Positions 51,844-62,023 of a DNA stretch of 64,000 bases are shown piece after piece; position 1 is the stretch's first letter, and every line of letters starts with the position of its first letter. The notes beneath the pieces are model-generated. The model saw nothing but the letters and a program-made list of their open reading frames with translations. It was not told the DNA's origin and did not search any database. The position numbers and the translations under genes are program-made. The DNA lies in the NCBI GenBank assembly GCA_038845975.1, contig JAWBQF010000001.1, forward strand, positions 96,743 to 160,742, written 5' to 3'. This DNA comes from Candidatus Methanomethylicia archaeon (GTDB taxonomy: Archaea > Thermoproteota > Methanomethylicia > CALHIW01).

Positions 51844-52641
51844 CTATTTACCCTTAAATTCTGGCTTTCTTTTCTCTAGAAATGCTTTAACTCCTTCCTT
51901 TGAGTCTTCAGTTGCAAACATCGCTGCAAAGGCATCTACATCCCTCATTATTACATCATCTATATCTGAGGCAAAGCTACGATTTATGGTTTCTTTCGCA
52001 ATCTGTAAGGCTATTGGACTTTTATCTTTAAGCTTGTTAGCTATCTTCATTACTTCCTCCTCAAGTTTTTCCAGTGGAACAACCTTATTAATTAAACCTA
52101 TTTTTTCAGCTTCAATTGCAGATATTAAATCTCCAGTAAATGCTAGCTCTTTAGCTTTATGTATGCCTACAAGTCTTGCAAGACGAGACATCCCACCCCA
52201 ACCCGGTAAAACACCTACATTGATTTCAGGCTGGCCGAAAACAGCCTTATCACTTGCAACTATGATATCACATGCCATTGCAAGTTCACACCCACCACCT
52301 AGAGCAAGACCATTAACCATGGCGATTACAGGCTTCCTAATAGATTCTATACGTTTGATAACCATTTCGAAGCCTTTCCTCGCAAATTCTCTGGCTTCTA
52401 CTACGCTTTTTAACTCCATAAAGCTGGATATATCTGCTCCAGCACTAAAAGCTCTATCACCAGCACCTGTTATAACTATAACTCTAACATCCTTATCTTT
52501 ATCAGCATCATCTAAGGCATGGCTAAGATCTGTAATAAGCTCAGTATTAATTGCATTTAGAACTCTAGGCCTATTTAGAGTAATCTTCATAACCCCCTCT
52601 TTCTTTTCAATAATAATTGTCTTATAACTATTCATTTTCAC
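51844..52641 (-). CDS. Enoyl-CoA hydratase/crotonase
   Basis: FSAGADI, ALGGGCE, GQPEI..G..PGWGG. Confidence 0.9.
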   Translation of the reverse strand: MKMNSYKTIIIEKKEGVMKITLNRPRVLNAINTELITDLSHALDDADKDKDVRVIVITGAGDRAFSAGADISSFMELKSVVEAREFARKGFEMVIKRIESIRKPVIAMVNGLALGGGCELAMACDIIVASDKAVFGQPEINVGVLPGWGGMSRLARLVGIHKAKELAFTGDLISAIEAEKIGLINKVVPLEKLEEEVMKIANKLKDKSPIALQIAKETINRSFASDIDDVIMRDVDAFAAMFATEDSKEGVKAFLEKRKPEFKGK

Positions 52642-53076
52642 ACCGATTCTATAATATTTAATCTAGCTTATATTTCTATGCTTTAAGTTGATTATTTAAT
52701 GGTTACTATGATAATGTAATGGATTACACTCAACATCATATGTAGAAATTAACCATTATTAGGTCTTACTGCTTCTTCAAGTTTATAGATGGCTCAGCAT
52801 CACTTTTCAATTTTCACACTATAGTATTTTATGCGATCTTGGTTTTAATATACTTTAACAAATATGTATGTACTTGCCAAGTTTTTAGTAGCGTAAGCTA
52901 CATAGTAATAAGAGGATAAGATGATTAAACGTAGCTGAAAGAGGCTATTATAAGAATTATCAAGAATCAGAAGAATAATATAGATAGGATTCCTTAAATA
53001 TGAGGGGCTAGTTCAATATTCTGGGTATTCATACATTAAGGATTTTCAAGCAAATTCTTCAGTATCACTTCAAAAT

Positions 53077-54333
53077 TTAGCTAGCTTCATAATGGATATT
53101 AACATAGCCTCTTTCATCTATGAGAGATCTAATTTTCTCCTTAAAGTTTTCCTGTAAGAATTCCTCTTTGAAAACGTATTTTGGATATATTGGAAGTCTT
53201 TCCCTAAATTGGAGATTAAGGTTTTCAGTTATTTCTTTTAGGGTTTTTATGTTTGGCCATGTTTTCTCCGGGTTAATAAAGTCTCTTGTTACTGGTGATA
53301 TCCCACCCCAATCATTAATTCCAGACTTTAAAAGCCGTATACATTCATCAATACTTACAAGGTTTGGCGGTGATTGTATTGCTACATCCATAGGCATTAT
53401 TAATCTCGCAATAGCTACCGTATACGTTATGTCTTCTATATCTGGTTCTTGACTGTTCTCCATAGGTGTATTTGGTTTTCTCCTAAACCCCTGAATTATA
53501 ACTTCCTGTATATGGTTGTATTTCTCATGAAGCTCCCTTATAGCATATAGGGAATCTATTCTCTCTCTAATTGTTTCGCCAATACCTATTAGAATCCCTG
53601 TCGTGAATGGTATTTTAAGCTGTCCAGCCATTTCAATAACTTTTAATCTAAGTTTAGGGTTTTTACCTGGACTATATTCATGCGGTCCATTTCTTAAACA
53701 TAGTCTCTCACTAATGTTTTCAAGCATTAATCCCATACTTACATTAACTTCCCTTAACATTTTCAATTCACTCCATTCAAGTAGTCCTGCATTTGTATGT
53801 GGTAGTAGTCCTGTTTCCTTGAAGACAAGCTCACACATATCTCTTAGATAGCTACTTATTTTCTCATATCCTTTAGCTTTAAGAAAATATCTTACATACT
53901 CATACTTTTCCTCAGGCTTTTCACCTAGACTAAATAATGCTTCCTTACATCCTGTTTTAACCCCTCTCCTAGATACTTCTAGGACTTCGTTCGGCTCCAT
54001 TATGAAGCCTCCGCTATTAGGCTCCCTCCTAAAGCCACAGTATCCACACTTATTACGACACATATTGGATAATGGTATAAACACCTTACGTGAATAGCTT
54101 ACAACTCTACTACTAGCTACATCCCGTATAAATGATGAAACTACTATTAATGCTTTCCTCTCATTCTCGCTTAAGCCGGTAAGCATATATGCTTCCTTCT
54201 TCTCTAGTTTTCCCTCTTCAACAGCTTTAATAAGTATATCTTTAACCTCGCCACCATACCTTAATATAAATTCTCTAATTCTACCTATCTTCAAATATGA
54301 GGACCCCCTCATTATTCTTCCTTCTAAGCTCAT
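53077..54333 (-). CDS. cofG: FO synthase subunit CofG (start probably ~54312 or later)
   Basis: YSRKVFIPL..MCRNKCGYC, SMGLMLE, FTTGILIGIGE, QSPPNL, DWGGISP. Confidence 0.9.
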   Translation of the reverse strand: MSLEGRIMRGSSYLKIGRIREFILRYGGEVKDILIKAVEEGKLEKKEAYMLTGLSENERKALIVVSSFIRDVASSRVVSYSRKVFIPLSNMCRNKCGYCGFRREPNSGGFIMEPNEVLEVSRRGVKTGCKEALFSLGEKPEEKYEYVRYFLKAKGYEKISSYLRDMCELVFKETGLLPHTNAGLLEWSELKMLREVNVSMGLMLENISERLCLRNGPHEYSPGKNPKLRLKVIEMAGQLKIPFTTGILIGIGETIRERIDSLYAIRELHEKYNHIQEVIIQGFRRKPNTPMENSQEPDIEDITYTVAIARLIMPMDVAIQSPPNLVSIDECIRLLKSGINDWGGISPVTRDFINPEKTWPNIKTLKEITENLNLQFRERLPIYPKYVFKEEFLQENFKEKIRSLIDERGYVNIHYEAS

Positions 54334-54991
54334 CTAGAGCTTGACTTGCAAGAGCTACTGCTCTTCTAGAACTTTCCGCAATACCTATACCTATTCTTAG
54401 CTTAAAGCTGTTAATTACTGATATTTTTTTAATATCGTTCGGACTTGATATGAAGGCTATAATATTGTCTCCACCTTGATAGAATGTTAATCCACCAAGC
54501 TTCTCAATTATACATGCAACCTTACTGTAGAACTTTAGGATTTTAAGATATGAATCATAAGCTGATGTTTCATAAACATCTCTAGATGAATTTACAATAT
54601 CTATATGAGCTACAACAAAACTCCCATATCCATTATTCATTCCAATAATACTCCACGGCTTAGCATTAAAAGCATTTCTTGAAGCATGTCTTTGAGCTTT
54701 AAGAGGAGAATTATCATGAGCTAAACCAATAGATACTGGTACAGGAGATATTTTAGTTAAAACTTTTAAGAGTTCTTTATAGTCTTCAATATCCAGTTTT
54801 CCAATACCAACCATTAAATCATATCTTAATGGATGTGCAAATCCACCTTTAAAACTGAAGAAGTTAGAAACCGCTCTATGAAGTCTTGCCTGAACATCCT
54901 GAATTAAATATTCCCTATCTGAACCTATATTCTCAGTCCATTCCCTATATCCAATAAGCCTAATAACAGAAACACATACCATTAAGATCAC
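54281..54991 (-). CDS. gch3: GTP cyclohydrolase III (IIa)
   Basis: GYREWTE..G.DRE..IQ..Q, RYD, HID, GGDN. Confidence 0.85.
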   Translation of the reverse strand: MILMVCVSVIRLIGYREWTENIGSDREYLIQDVQARLHRAVSNFFSFKGGFAHPLRYDLMVGIGKLDIEDYKELLKVLTKISPVPVSIGLAHDNSPLKAQRHASRNAFNAKPWSIIGMNNGYGSFVVAHIDIVNSSRDVYETSAYDSYLKILKFYSKVACIIEKLGGLTFYQGGDNIIAFISSPNDIKKISVINSFKLRIGIGIAESSRRAVALASQALDELRRKNNEGVLIFEDR

Positions 54992-55023
54992 TTCAGTATT
55001 ATTGGCAGAAATATAAATCTAAC

Positions 55024-56034
55024 CTATCTATATCTTTCAGAATATTTAACTATAGCTTTAATTCTCTCCTCAGCAGTATTTAGATTTATGTTTGGATATG
55101 GTCTATGAGTTGTTGTAAGAATTAATCTTCTAAATCCAAGAGTTTTAATAGTATAATCTATAATAGTCTTCAAATCCACTACTGGAATTCTACTATTGTA
55201 TAATAGCTCTACAGGTATTCCAGTTAGAAATACTAGTCTTGATCTTCTCCTTAAATCCTTAATTTTATCAATCCATGTTAGGGCATTACTTAGACATGTC
55301 TTCGGCACTATATCTAGAGGATGAATGCCGTTGAAAAAACTTAATTTATCAATGAAGTATCCAATATCTCCATCTGAATGTAGAACTACATATTTACCTC
55401 TACTTCTAACAGCATTAGCTATTTCTCTCTGTCTCTCCAACACGATGTTTATAAACTCCGGTCTATATATTGCTCCTTTATAGCTGCAGAAATCATCAGC
55501 AATCCTAACAGAATCTACATACTCACTTTCAGCAGCTACTTTAGCAGATTCTAAAACTATTCTATGAAATTCTTCATGAATTCTAGATGCTAACTTTAAG
55601 TTTAAAACTGTAAGTACTGCAAAGTCAAATCTATGGTATAACATATCCTTAACCAGGCTATTAACACCTGGAGCGCAACTATATTCTGAAAGCTCAGTAG
55701 GACCTATAAGTGTTACCTGGGTGAACTTTTCAATATTTAGAGTTTCAGCTACCCTCTTAATCTTATCCTCAATCTCATAGGCTATGTTGCTTAGACTTGG
55801 CCACATATAGCTGCTCAAATCTATTTTCTCAATCCAATTATTGAAATTCATCCTCCCCCTTCTAAAAGGTCCTCCACTAGTTAGGAAATTTTCAAAAGAG
55901 GAGATTCTACATCTTATTGAAACAATATCTCCATATTTAGCCTCTATATTATGATTGTTAAACATAATGTATAAAGGTAGTTTCTCATTAACTCCCTCAA
56001 AAGCTTCATATACAAGTATTTTTGAACCTACCAT
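55024..56034 (-). CDS. URO-D/MtaA-like TIM-barrel protein, divergent
   Basis: IADDF..YKG...PE, LHSDG.I, GIHP.D motifs typical of the URO-D/methyltransferase superfamily. Confidence 0.55.
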   Translation of the reverse strand: MVGSKILVYEAFEGVNEKLPLYIMFNNHNIEAKYGDIVSIRCRISSFENFLTSGGPFRRGRMNFNNWIEKIDLSSYMWPSLSNIAYEIEDKIKRVAETLNIEKFTQVTLIGPTELSEYSCAPGVNSLVKDMLYHRFDFAVLTVLNLKLASRIHEEFHRIVLESAKVAAESEYVDSVRIADDFCSYKGAIYRPEFINIVLERQREIANAVRSRGKYVVLHSDGDIGYFIDKLSFFNGIHPLDIVPKTCLSNALTWIDKIKDLRRRSRLVFLTGIPVELLYNSRIPVVDLKTIIDYTIKTLGFRRLILTTTHRPYPNINLNTAEERIKAIVKYSERYR

Positions 56035-56038
56035 AAGG

Positions 56039-56054
56039 ATACTTATTCCAGTAT
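56039..56054. promoter_or_regulatory. Palindrome ATACT-N6-AGTAT just upstream of the gch3/cof gene run
   Basis: ATACTTATTCCAGTAT lies 5 bp upstream of the first ATG (56034). Confidence 0.4.
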
Positions 56055-56194
56055 GTTATGAATTCTAAACGGAAATTTAAGCTTTTCCAGTACTTACTAA
56101 ACTTTTAGCTTAAACCATCAACTACATATACCTTCACATTTAAGTCTATAGAGCTATTAAGGACGAAAATGCTTAATAGGTTTAACTACTATAT

Positions 56195-56959
56195 ATGTTG
56201 AGCTTTATGTCTGTTAAAATTGGTACTTGCGGCTGGTCTGTTAAGGGCGGTCGTAAAGCTTATTTTGAGGTTTTTAAAGTTATTGAACTTCAAGAAACAT
56301 TCTATAAGCTTCCATTAGCTGAAACTGCAAGAAGATGGCGTGAAGATGCTCCTCAAGATTTTGAGTTTACTGTTAAGGCATGGCAGGCTATAACTCATCC
56401 CTCTTCAAGTCCAACATGGCGTAAAGCAGGACTTAAAGTAGACTCTGAAAAAGCTGAAAACTATGGACATTTAAAACCAACAAGTGAAAATATTGAGGCT
56501 TGGAGTAAAATACTTGAAATATGTAGAGCTTTAAATGCTAGGATATGTATTATACAGACCCCGCCAAGCTTTGGATTCTCAGAGGAGAATGTTGAAAACA
56601 TGCTTAAATTCTTCAGTAGAATAGATAGAGGTGATCTTGTAATTGGATGGGAGCCTCGTGGTACATGGAATGAAAAGATAAATATTGTAGGTGAAATATG
56701 TAGAAGACTAGATTTAATCCATGTAGTAGACCCTTTTAGAAGAATGCCTACCAATTACGGTAAGATATGTTACTTTAGACTTCACGGAATAGGTAGTGGT
56801 GAAGTAAATTATAGATATAAGTATAGATTAGAGGATCTTATTTCTCTTAAGAAGATAGTTGAGAGAATTGCTTCTAGTGGAGTTAATGTATATGTAATGT
56901 TTAACAATGTATATATGGCGTCTGATGCTAGAGAATTTATGAAGCTAATAGAAATCTAA
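56195..56959 (+). CDS. DUF72 (YecE-like) protein
   Basis: IGTCGW, ELQETFY, FTVKA.Q.ITH, QTPPSF, EPRG, YFRLHG, FNN. Confidence 0.9.
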   Translation: MLSFMSVKIGTCGWSVKGGRKAYFEVFKVIELQETFYKLPLAETARRWREDAPQDFEFTVKAWQAITHPSSSPTWRKAGLKVDSEKAENYGHLKPTSENIEAWSKILEICRALNARICIIQTPPSFGFSEENVENMLKFFSRIDRGDLVIGWEPRGTWNEKINIVGEICRRLDLIHVVDPFRRMPTNYGKICYFRLHGIGSGEVNYRYKYRLEDLISLKKIVERIASSGVNVYVMFNNVYMASDAREFMKLIEI

Positions 56960-58185
56960 CCTAGAAAGCTTAATATTTTTCTCTGGAACTTGAACATTTT
57001 AGGTATTTTAGCCTCTTTATACCATTCCCTAAACTGTACCTTAAGGTTTAAAGATATATGTTTTAAAGCTTCATCAACATCCTTGAACTTTAATGGTTTA
57101 TTTTCAAATGCTTTCCTCATACCCTCTCTAACATTCCATACTCCTAATGGAGCATAATACCCCTCCCTAACCTCTCTCAATGCTAGTACTGCTGCTTGTC
57201 TTCTTATCTTATACATATGTTCTATAACTGTAAATCTCATAGTCTTATATCCTCCATTAATACTTTCCCTACGCCATTTACCATCATACAACTCAAAGTT
57301 CTCAATTATGTATGGTTTTCCATCTTTAACCCATACCGTTCTTGGAAGCCATATTTCAATCATCTCAAACGCATAGCTATCTGGAAGCATTAGAATATGG
57401 TAATGATTATCCAGATAACTGTTTGAATACAGTAATATTTCATCTATTTCTTTGAACTCCCTAATTTTTTCAAGTAAATAATCTCCAAGCATTGAATCTA
57501 TAGCTGTTATACCCCACCTTGTAGGTACAAGTCTTCTCTCTCTAGATTGCCCAAGCAGCCCTACAGTAAGAAGCCTTACAATATAGTATGGTGTGAAGCC
57601 CCACATGTAAAGCTCGCCTACAGCATTATATGTCTTAACATCACTATCACCTATGATTTGATAGATTTTTCTAGGAATATTTGGATTATCCATTACTCTT
57701 AAGCTTTCCAGCATGCCCGTAGGACCTATAGGTGCAGTAACACCATTAAATGTAAGTCTAGGTTTTATAGGCTTAGTAAACTTAGCTTCAGATCCAACAG
57801 GTCTAATTGATAATGCTATATCCTGAATTGTTTCAACATTCCTGCTTAAAACATCCTTAATATTTAATACTATGTTTGAACGTATAAGTCTAGATCTAAG
57901 CTCTATTATTTCCTCAATGCTTTTACCATACCAGCTTTGAGGATCATCATGTAGCTTAGCATACTCAACATCAACTGTTGGCGGAATCATAGGTCCAGCC
58001 TTAACTCTAGGATATCCAAACTCTCCAATAAATACTGATGGAGAAGCTCCAAAAACCTCACTACCTTTCAGCTCTAATTCTACATGTACTCTAAACCTTT
58101 CAAGAATGGGGCATTTCACCCTACCACAAAGTCTATGAACACCTTTACATCTCACACAGACATTACTGCTTAATCTAGATGGCAT
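56956..58185 (-). CDS. nreA: Archaeal DNA repair protein Nre
   Basis: CVRCKG..LCG..CP, LVPTRWGITAID, PLGVW.VRE, C-terminal PIP box QRKILSFL. Confidence 0.9.
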   Translation of the reverse strand: MPSRLSSNVCVRCKGVHRLCGRVKCPILERFRVHVELELKGSEVFGASPSVFIGEFGYPRVKAGPMIPPTVDVEYAKLHDDPQSWYGKSIEEIIELRSRLIRSNIVLNIKDVLSRNVETIQDIALSIRPVGSEAKFTKPIKPRLTFNGVTAPIGPTGMLESLRVMDNPNIPRKIYQIIGDSDVKTYNAVGELYMWGFTPYYIVRLLTVGLLGQSRERRLVPTRWGITAIDSMLGDYLLEKIREFKEIDEILLYSNSYLDNHYHILMLPDSYAFEMIEIWLPRTVWVKDGKPYIIENFELYDGKWRRESINGGYKTMRFTVIEHMYKIRRQAAVLALREVREGYYAPLGVWNVREGMRKAFENKPLKFKDVDEALKHISLNLKVQFREWYKEAKIPKMFKFQRKILSFLG

Positions 58186-58231
58186 AGAATAATATTTGGA
58201 GCCATAATATATATTTATTCGATTCTTTACT

Positions 58232-58914
58232 GGCTTTGTTAGCTTTAGCTTTATTTGTGGTTCTCTCCCATTTTATTTATGGTGAATCTATGTCTAAGGT
58301 TATTAGGTTGTAGAGGGAACCCTGTTTACTTTAGTTGTTATGGTGCTTATATATTCATTCATCTAGGATAGCTTCGGATATTCTAAGTTTTATTGTTACT
58401 AGGATATGCATCTATATTATGGTTTAGGTCTTTAAGCTGTTTGAGTTTAATAAGAGGGATGTTAGAATTGTTTACATTGCGATACTATTATAAATGTTGG
58501 ATCTGTAAGGGAGATTATTTATGTTGCATTCGAGCCATTATTGAGGAGAATTCTCTAATGTGATTTAATGTTTCAACTTTACATAATCATTCCCTAGAGG
58601 ATTAAAGCTGTTTAGACTCTAATATAATTATATTGAGTGATGGAGCACATTACTATAAAGAATCATGTAGAATATTGAATTTAATGAAGTACAGTTTAAA
58701 GTTAGAATTAATAGAATAGAAACATACAGTTAAGGATAGAACTAAGCTATTCGATAATTACATATCATACATGAGGATAAATGTGATAATGGACATGTAT
58801 TAATGTTTTATGAAATTAATAATATACCTAAAAACATAGATTAATAAGAAGATAAAGCTAAGAATTCTAGAAACACAAACATAGAAGTAATAATATGCTT
58901 AAGTTAACAAAGCC
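58232..58914 (+). mobile_element. IS6-family element copy 3, most decayed
   Basis: Left GGCTTTGTTAGC, right GTTAACAAAGCC; internal similarity (gcattcgagccatta, gatggagcacatt, gatagaactaagctattcgataa) to copies 1 and 2. Confidence 0.8.
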
Positions 58915-58915
58915 C

Positions 58916-60796
58916 TTAAAGAACACTTAATTCTGACAATTTAAGCTCTCTAATTTTCTCCATGGTTGGTAAGCCATCATCAATACTCCATCCTCTTTCA
59001 TGATAGTACTGATTAATAATATTCTCAAAATCATCTCTACTAACTACTCTCTTCTTAAAGTAATCCATTAAATATACTTCCTGACCATTAAGCATTAATG
59101 GTTCAAACCATCTTTCAGGATACTTATCCCTTCCAATCCCTTCTCTATAGTTTATTAATCTCTCTAAAGCATGAATACGATCAGCAGCTATCTTTAAATT
59201 TATAGGTTGAATTTGAATACCTGTTACATAGGTATAGAGTTTAGCGCAAACATCTATATCGTAGAGAAGAGCAATGCTCTCTCTTCTGCATAGACCTAGA
59301 CTATTCAATATGTAAAGCCAATCCTCAACATGCTTAGTATATAGCGCTATGTTGAAAACTCCACTCTTAAAAACTCTCTCTACATCATTATCTGAACAGC
59401 CTATTCTTAAAAGATAGCTTCTAAGAGTCTCTTCTCTTCTACCTGAAATTACTGTTAGCTGTACAGGACCTTCATGCCCTCTAGGATTGGTTACATGCCC
59501 AAATGATTCAGCATTAAAGTTTGATCTTGGATCAAAAATTATTGATAATCCCTTACAGTTTGGAGCGTATTTCTCAAGCTCTAAACCAAACCTCTCAAAT
59601 AAACCTCTCCAACCCTTCATCTTAACATAGCTACATATACCTTTACATTTCAACATGTATTCTATAAGCTTCTCCATAGATTCAACATTTAACTTAGGCT
59701 TAAAGCCTATATCTTCAGTAGATATTATGTTACGCTCATAAACTTCAACAAGAAACTCTAGAAATGGGGTTAGATTTAAACAATCAAGTCCATGTCTTGT
59801 AGCTTCATAGAGTAGTTTTACACCAGTATTTAGACTACAATCATTAAGTCTAAATGTGAAGGCAATAGCTATGTTTAAGGGTTCAGGTAAAGGCTTTAAC
59901 TCACCATTAATTCTAAAAACACCTTTACATGGACCTGGACATTTTGAACAACCTAAACTTCTAGCTTTAATCTTTAAGTATTCATTTAAATTGTTTCTAA
60001 ATCTACTATGAATATTCCTATAGTTGTTGTATACTAGCATTCTTGAATTAGCCCAATTCTCAATTCCAACCATCATGCCATACTTTGCGATACCTCTTAA
60101 AATATGAGAGAATCTTTTAGCTCTCTCCATAATCCTGCCTAAAACATCTTTAACCCCTTCAGGATTAGCTATCTCCACCCTACAGCTACCATATATAACA
60201 ATTGCTTTAAGCTTCTTCACACCCATAACAGCTGCTAATCCACCCCTCCCTAAATGGGAAATATTATCTATTAAACATATAGACCATGATATAAGCTTCT
60301 CACCAGCTTCCCCAATACTAAGTACACTAGAGCCATGATGTATTCTCCTTAATTTATCCACTGTTTCATATGCATCAAGCCCCCATAGACTTGATGCATT
60401 GTTTACCCTTACATCCTTATCAGATACTTCAATGTAAACAGGCTTATCAGAAGCTCCTTTAATTACAATATGATCGTAACCAGCTTTCTTCAATGCACTA
60501 GCTAATCCACCTCCACCACTACATGTAGCTATAGTTCCTGTTGCTGGAAGCTTAGTAGTAGCCATAGCCTTAACAGCTCCAACAACACCAGTACCAACTA
60601 GTGGACCTGCACCCAAAACAATAGGGTTTTCAGAGCTTAATGGATTAGTTCCTGGCTTTAAATAGTTAAGAATAAGCCTCGTGTTTAAACCTAAACCACC
60701 AATAAACATTTCAGCTAAATCCGTAGACAAAGAAAACTCATGAATAACATCATTATCTAAATCAATCTCAAGAATCTTACCAGAATATCCAAACAT
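58916..60796 (-). CDS. Aldehyde:ferredoxin oxidoreductase family (W/Mo-pterin)
   Basis: GYSGKILEIDL, IGGLG, GRGGLAAVMG.KKLKA, C..C..PC, YY.ERGW..DG.P. Confidence 0.9.
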   Translation of the reverse strand: MFGYSGKILEIDLDNDVIHEFSLSTDLAEMFIGGLGLNTRLILNYLKPGTNPLSSENPIVLGAGPLVGTGVVGAVKAMATTKLPATGTIATCSGGGGLASALKKAGYDHIVIKGASDKPVYIEVSDKDVRVNNASSLWGLDAYETVDKLRRIHHGSSVLSIGEAGEKLISWSICLIDNISHLGRGGLAAVMGVKKLKAIVIYGSCRVEIANPEGVKDVLGRIMERAKRFSHILRGIAKYGMMVGIENWANSRMLVYNNYRNIHSRFRNNLNEYLKIKARSLGCSKCPGPCKGVFRINGELKPLPEPLNIAIAFTFRLNDCSLNTGVKLLYEATRHGLDCLNLTPFLEFLVEVYERNIISTEDIGFKPKLNVESMEKLIEYMLKCKGICSYVKMKGWRGLFERFGLELEKYAPNCKGLSIIFDPRSNFNAESFGHVTNPRGHEGPVQLTVISGRREETLRSYLLRIGCSDNDVERVFKSGVFNIALYTKHVEDWLYILNSLGLCRRESIALLYDIDVCAKLYTYVTGIQIQPINLKIAADRIHALERLINYREGIGRDKYPERWFEPLMLNGQEVYLMDYFKKRVVSRDDFENIINQYYHERGWSIDDGLPTMEKIRELKLSELSVL

Positions 60797-61025
60797 GAAT
60801 TACCATACTTAAACACAATATTTAAACATTGCTTAAATAGTATTAGCCAGTCTGTTTAGGCTTTATGAGTTTCGAATGTGGAAACATATGTAACTAATCA
60901 CTTAAGTATATCGCCATAAACAGTAGAATTTTTCTCATTATGAACTAAAAGGTTTATTATAGGTAAAGCTAAATAGAACTCATAAAAGCCTCTTGACTTA
61001 GCGAAAAGTTTTTATTTATATCGAT

Positions 61026-61862
61026 TTGCTTAGCTTTATGAACATAAATCCCTTAATACAGGAGTTTATGACTAGAAGAGTTATATATACCTACCCTGAA
61101 AGTTCAATACTTGATGTTCGTAATCTTATGATTAGGCATAGAATATCAAGAGTTGTTATAGTTGAAAATAAGAAGCCTATAGGTATAGTAACTCAAAGAG
61201 ATCTATTAAGATTCATTGCTGAAAACCCTAGTGTAGATGTAAGTGATGCTAAAGTTACTGAGGCTATGTCTGGAAGGCTAATAACAGCTAAACCAACAGA
61301 TACTGTAAGCTATGCTGCTAAGCTTATGATTAGCAATGGTATTAGCTCAATAGTTATTGTATGTGATGAAGAACTTAATGGAATAATAACAAAGTTTGAT
61401 CTATGTATATGCTGTATGGAGAGATTTAAAGGGTTTTTTAAGGTAAGAGAATACATGACGCCAAACCCAGTAACCGTTAGGCCAACATTAAGTATATTTG
61501 AAATTGTCAATATAATGAGTTCTAAAGGAATTGGAAGAGTAATTGTTGTTGAAAACGGGAAGCCTATTGGGATAATAACGTTAAGTGACCTAATATCAGT
61601 AATACCTGACATTTTAAGCATAAAAGTAGATTATAAAAGGGAATTTAGAAGGATAAGAACATCAGGAATATGGCTGCTTGTAGCCAGTGACATCATGACT
61701 CCAAACCCTATTACTATCCATGAAGATGGAGATATAGCTGAAGCTTCTCATCTCATGGTTAAGCATAATATAAGCGGATTACCTGTAGCTAGTAGAGAAC
61801 TATTAATAGGAATTATCACTAAGACTGATATTACAAGAGCTATTGCTAACATTACAATCTAA
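61026..61862 (+). CDS. Four-CBS-domain protein
   Basis: Repeated MT.., GIIT..D CBS motifs. Confidence 0.9.
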   Translation: MLSFMNINPLIQEFMTRRVIYTYPESSILDVRNLMIRHRISRVVIVENKKPIGIVTQRDLLRFIAENPSVDVSDAKVTEAMSGRLITAKPTDTVSYAAKLMISNGISSIVIVCDEELNGIITKFDLCICCMERFKGFFKVREYMTPNPVTVRPTLSIFEIVNIMSSKGIGRVIVVENGKPIGIITLSDLISVIPDILSIKVDYKREFRRIRTSGIWLLVASDIMTPNPITIHEDGDIAEASHLMVKHNISGLPVASRELLIGIITKTDITRAIANITI

Positions 61863-62023
61863 CATATACACAATAGCTTTTAAGACTTTTCCATAAATAG
61901 AATCAAAGCTTAATTCATCAGTAATGATTTCAATACATGTACTCTAACTATGTTAGCTCAACTCTAAATTTAGCATATAGCTAATTTTACATGCTGGAAC
62001 CATATTTATAAGGTTAAATATTC

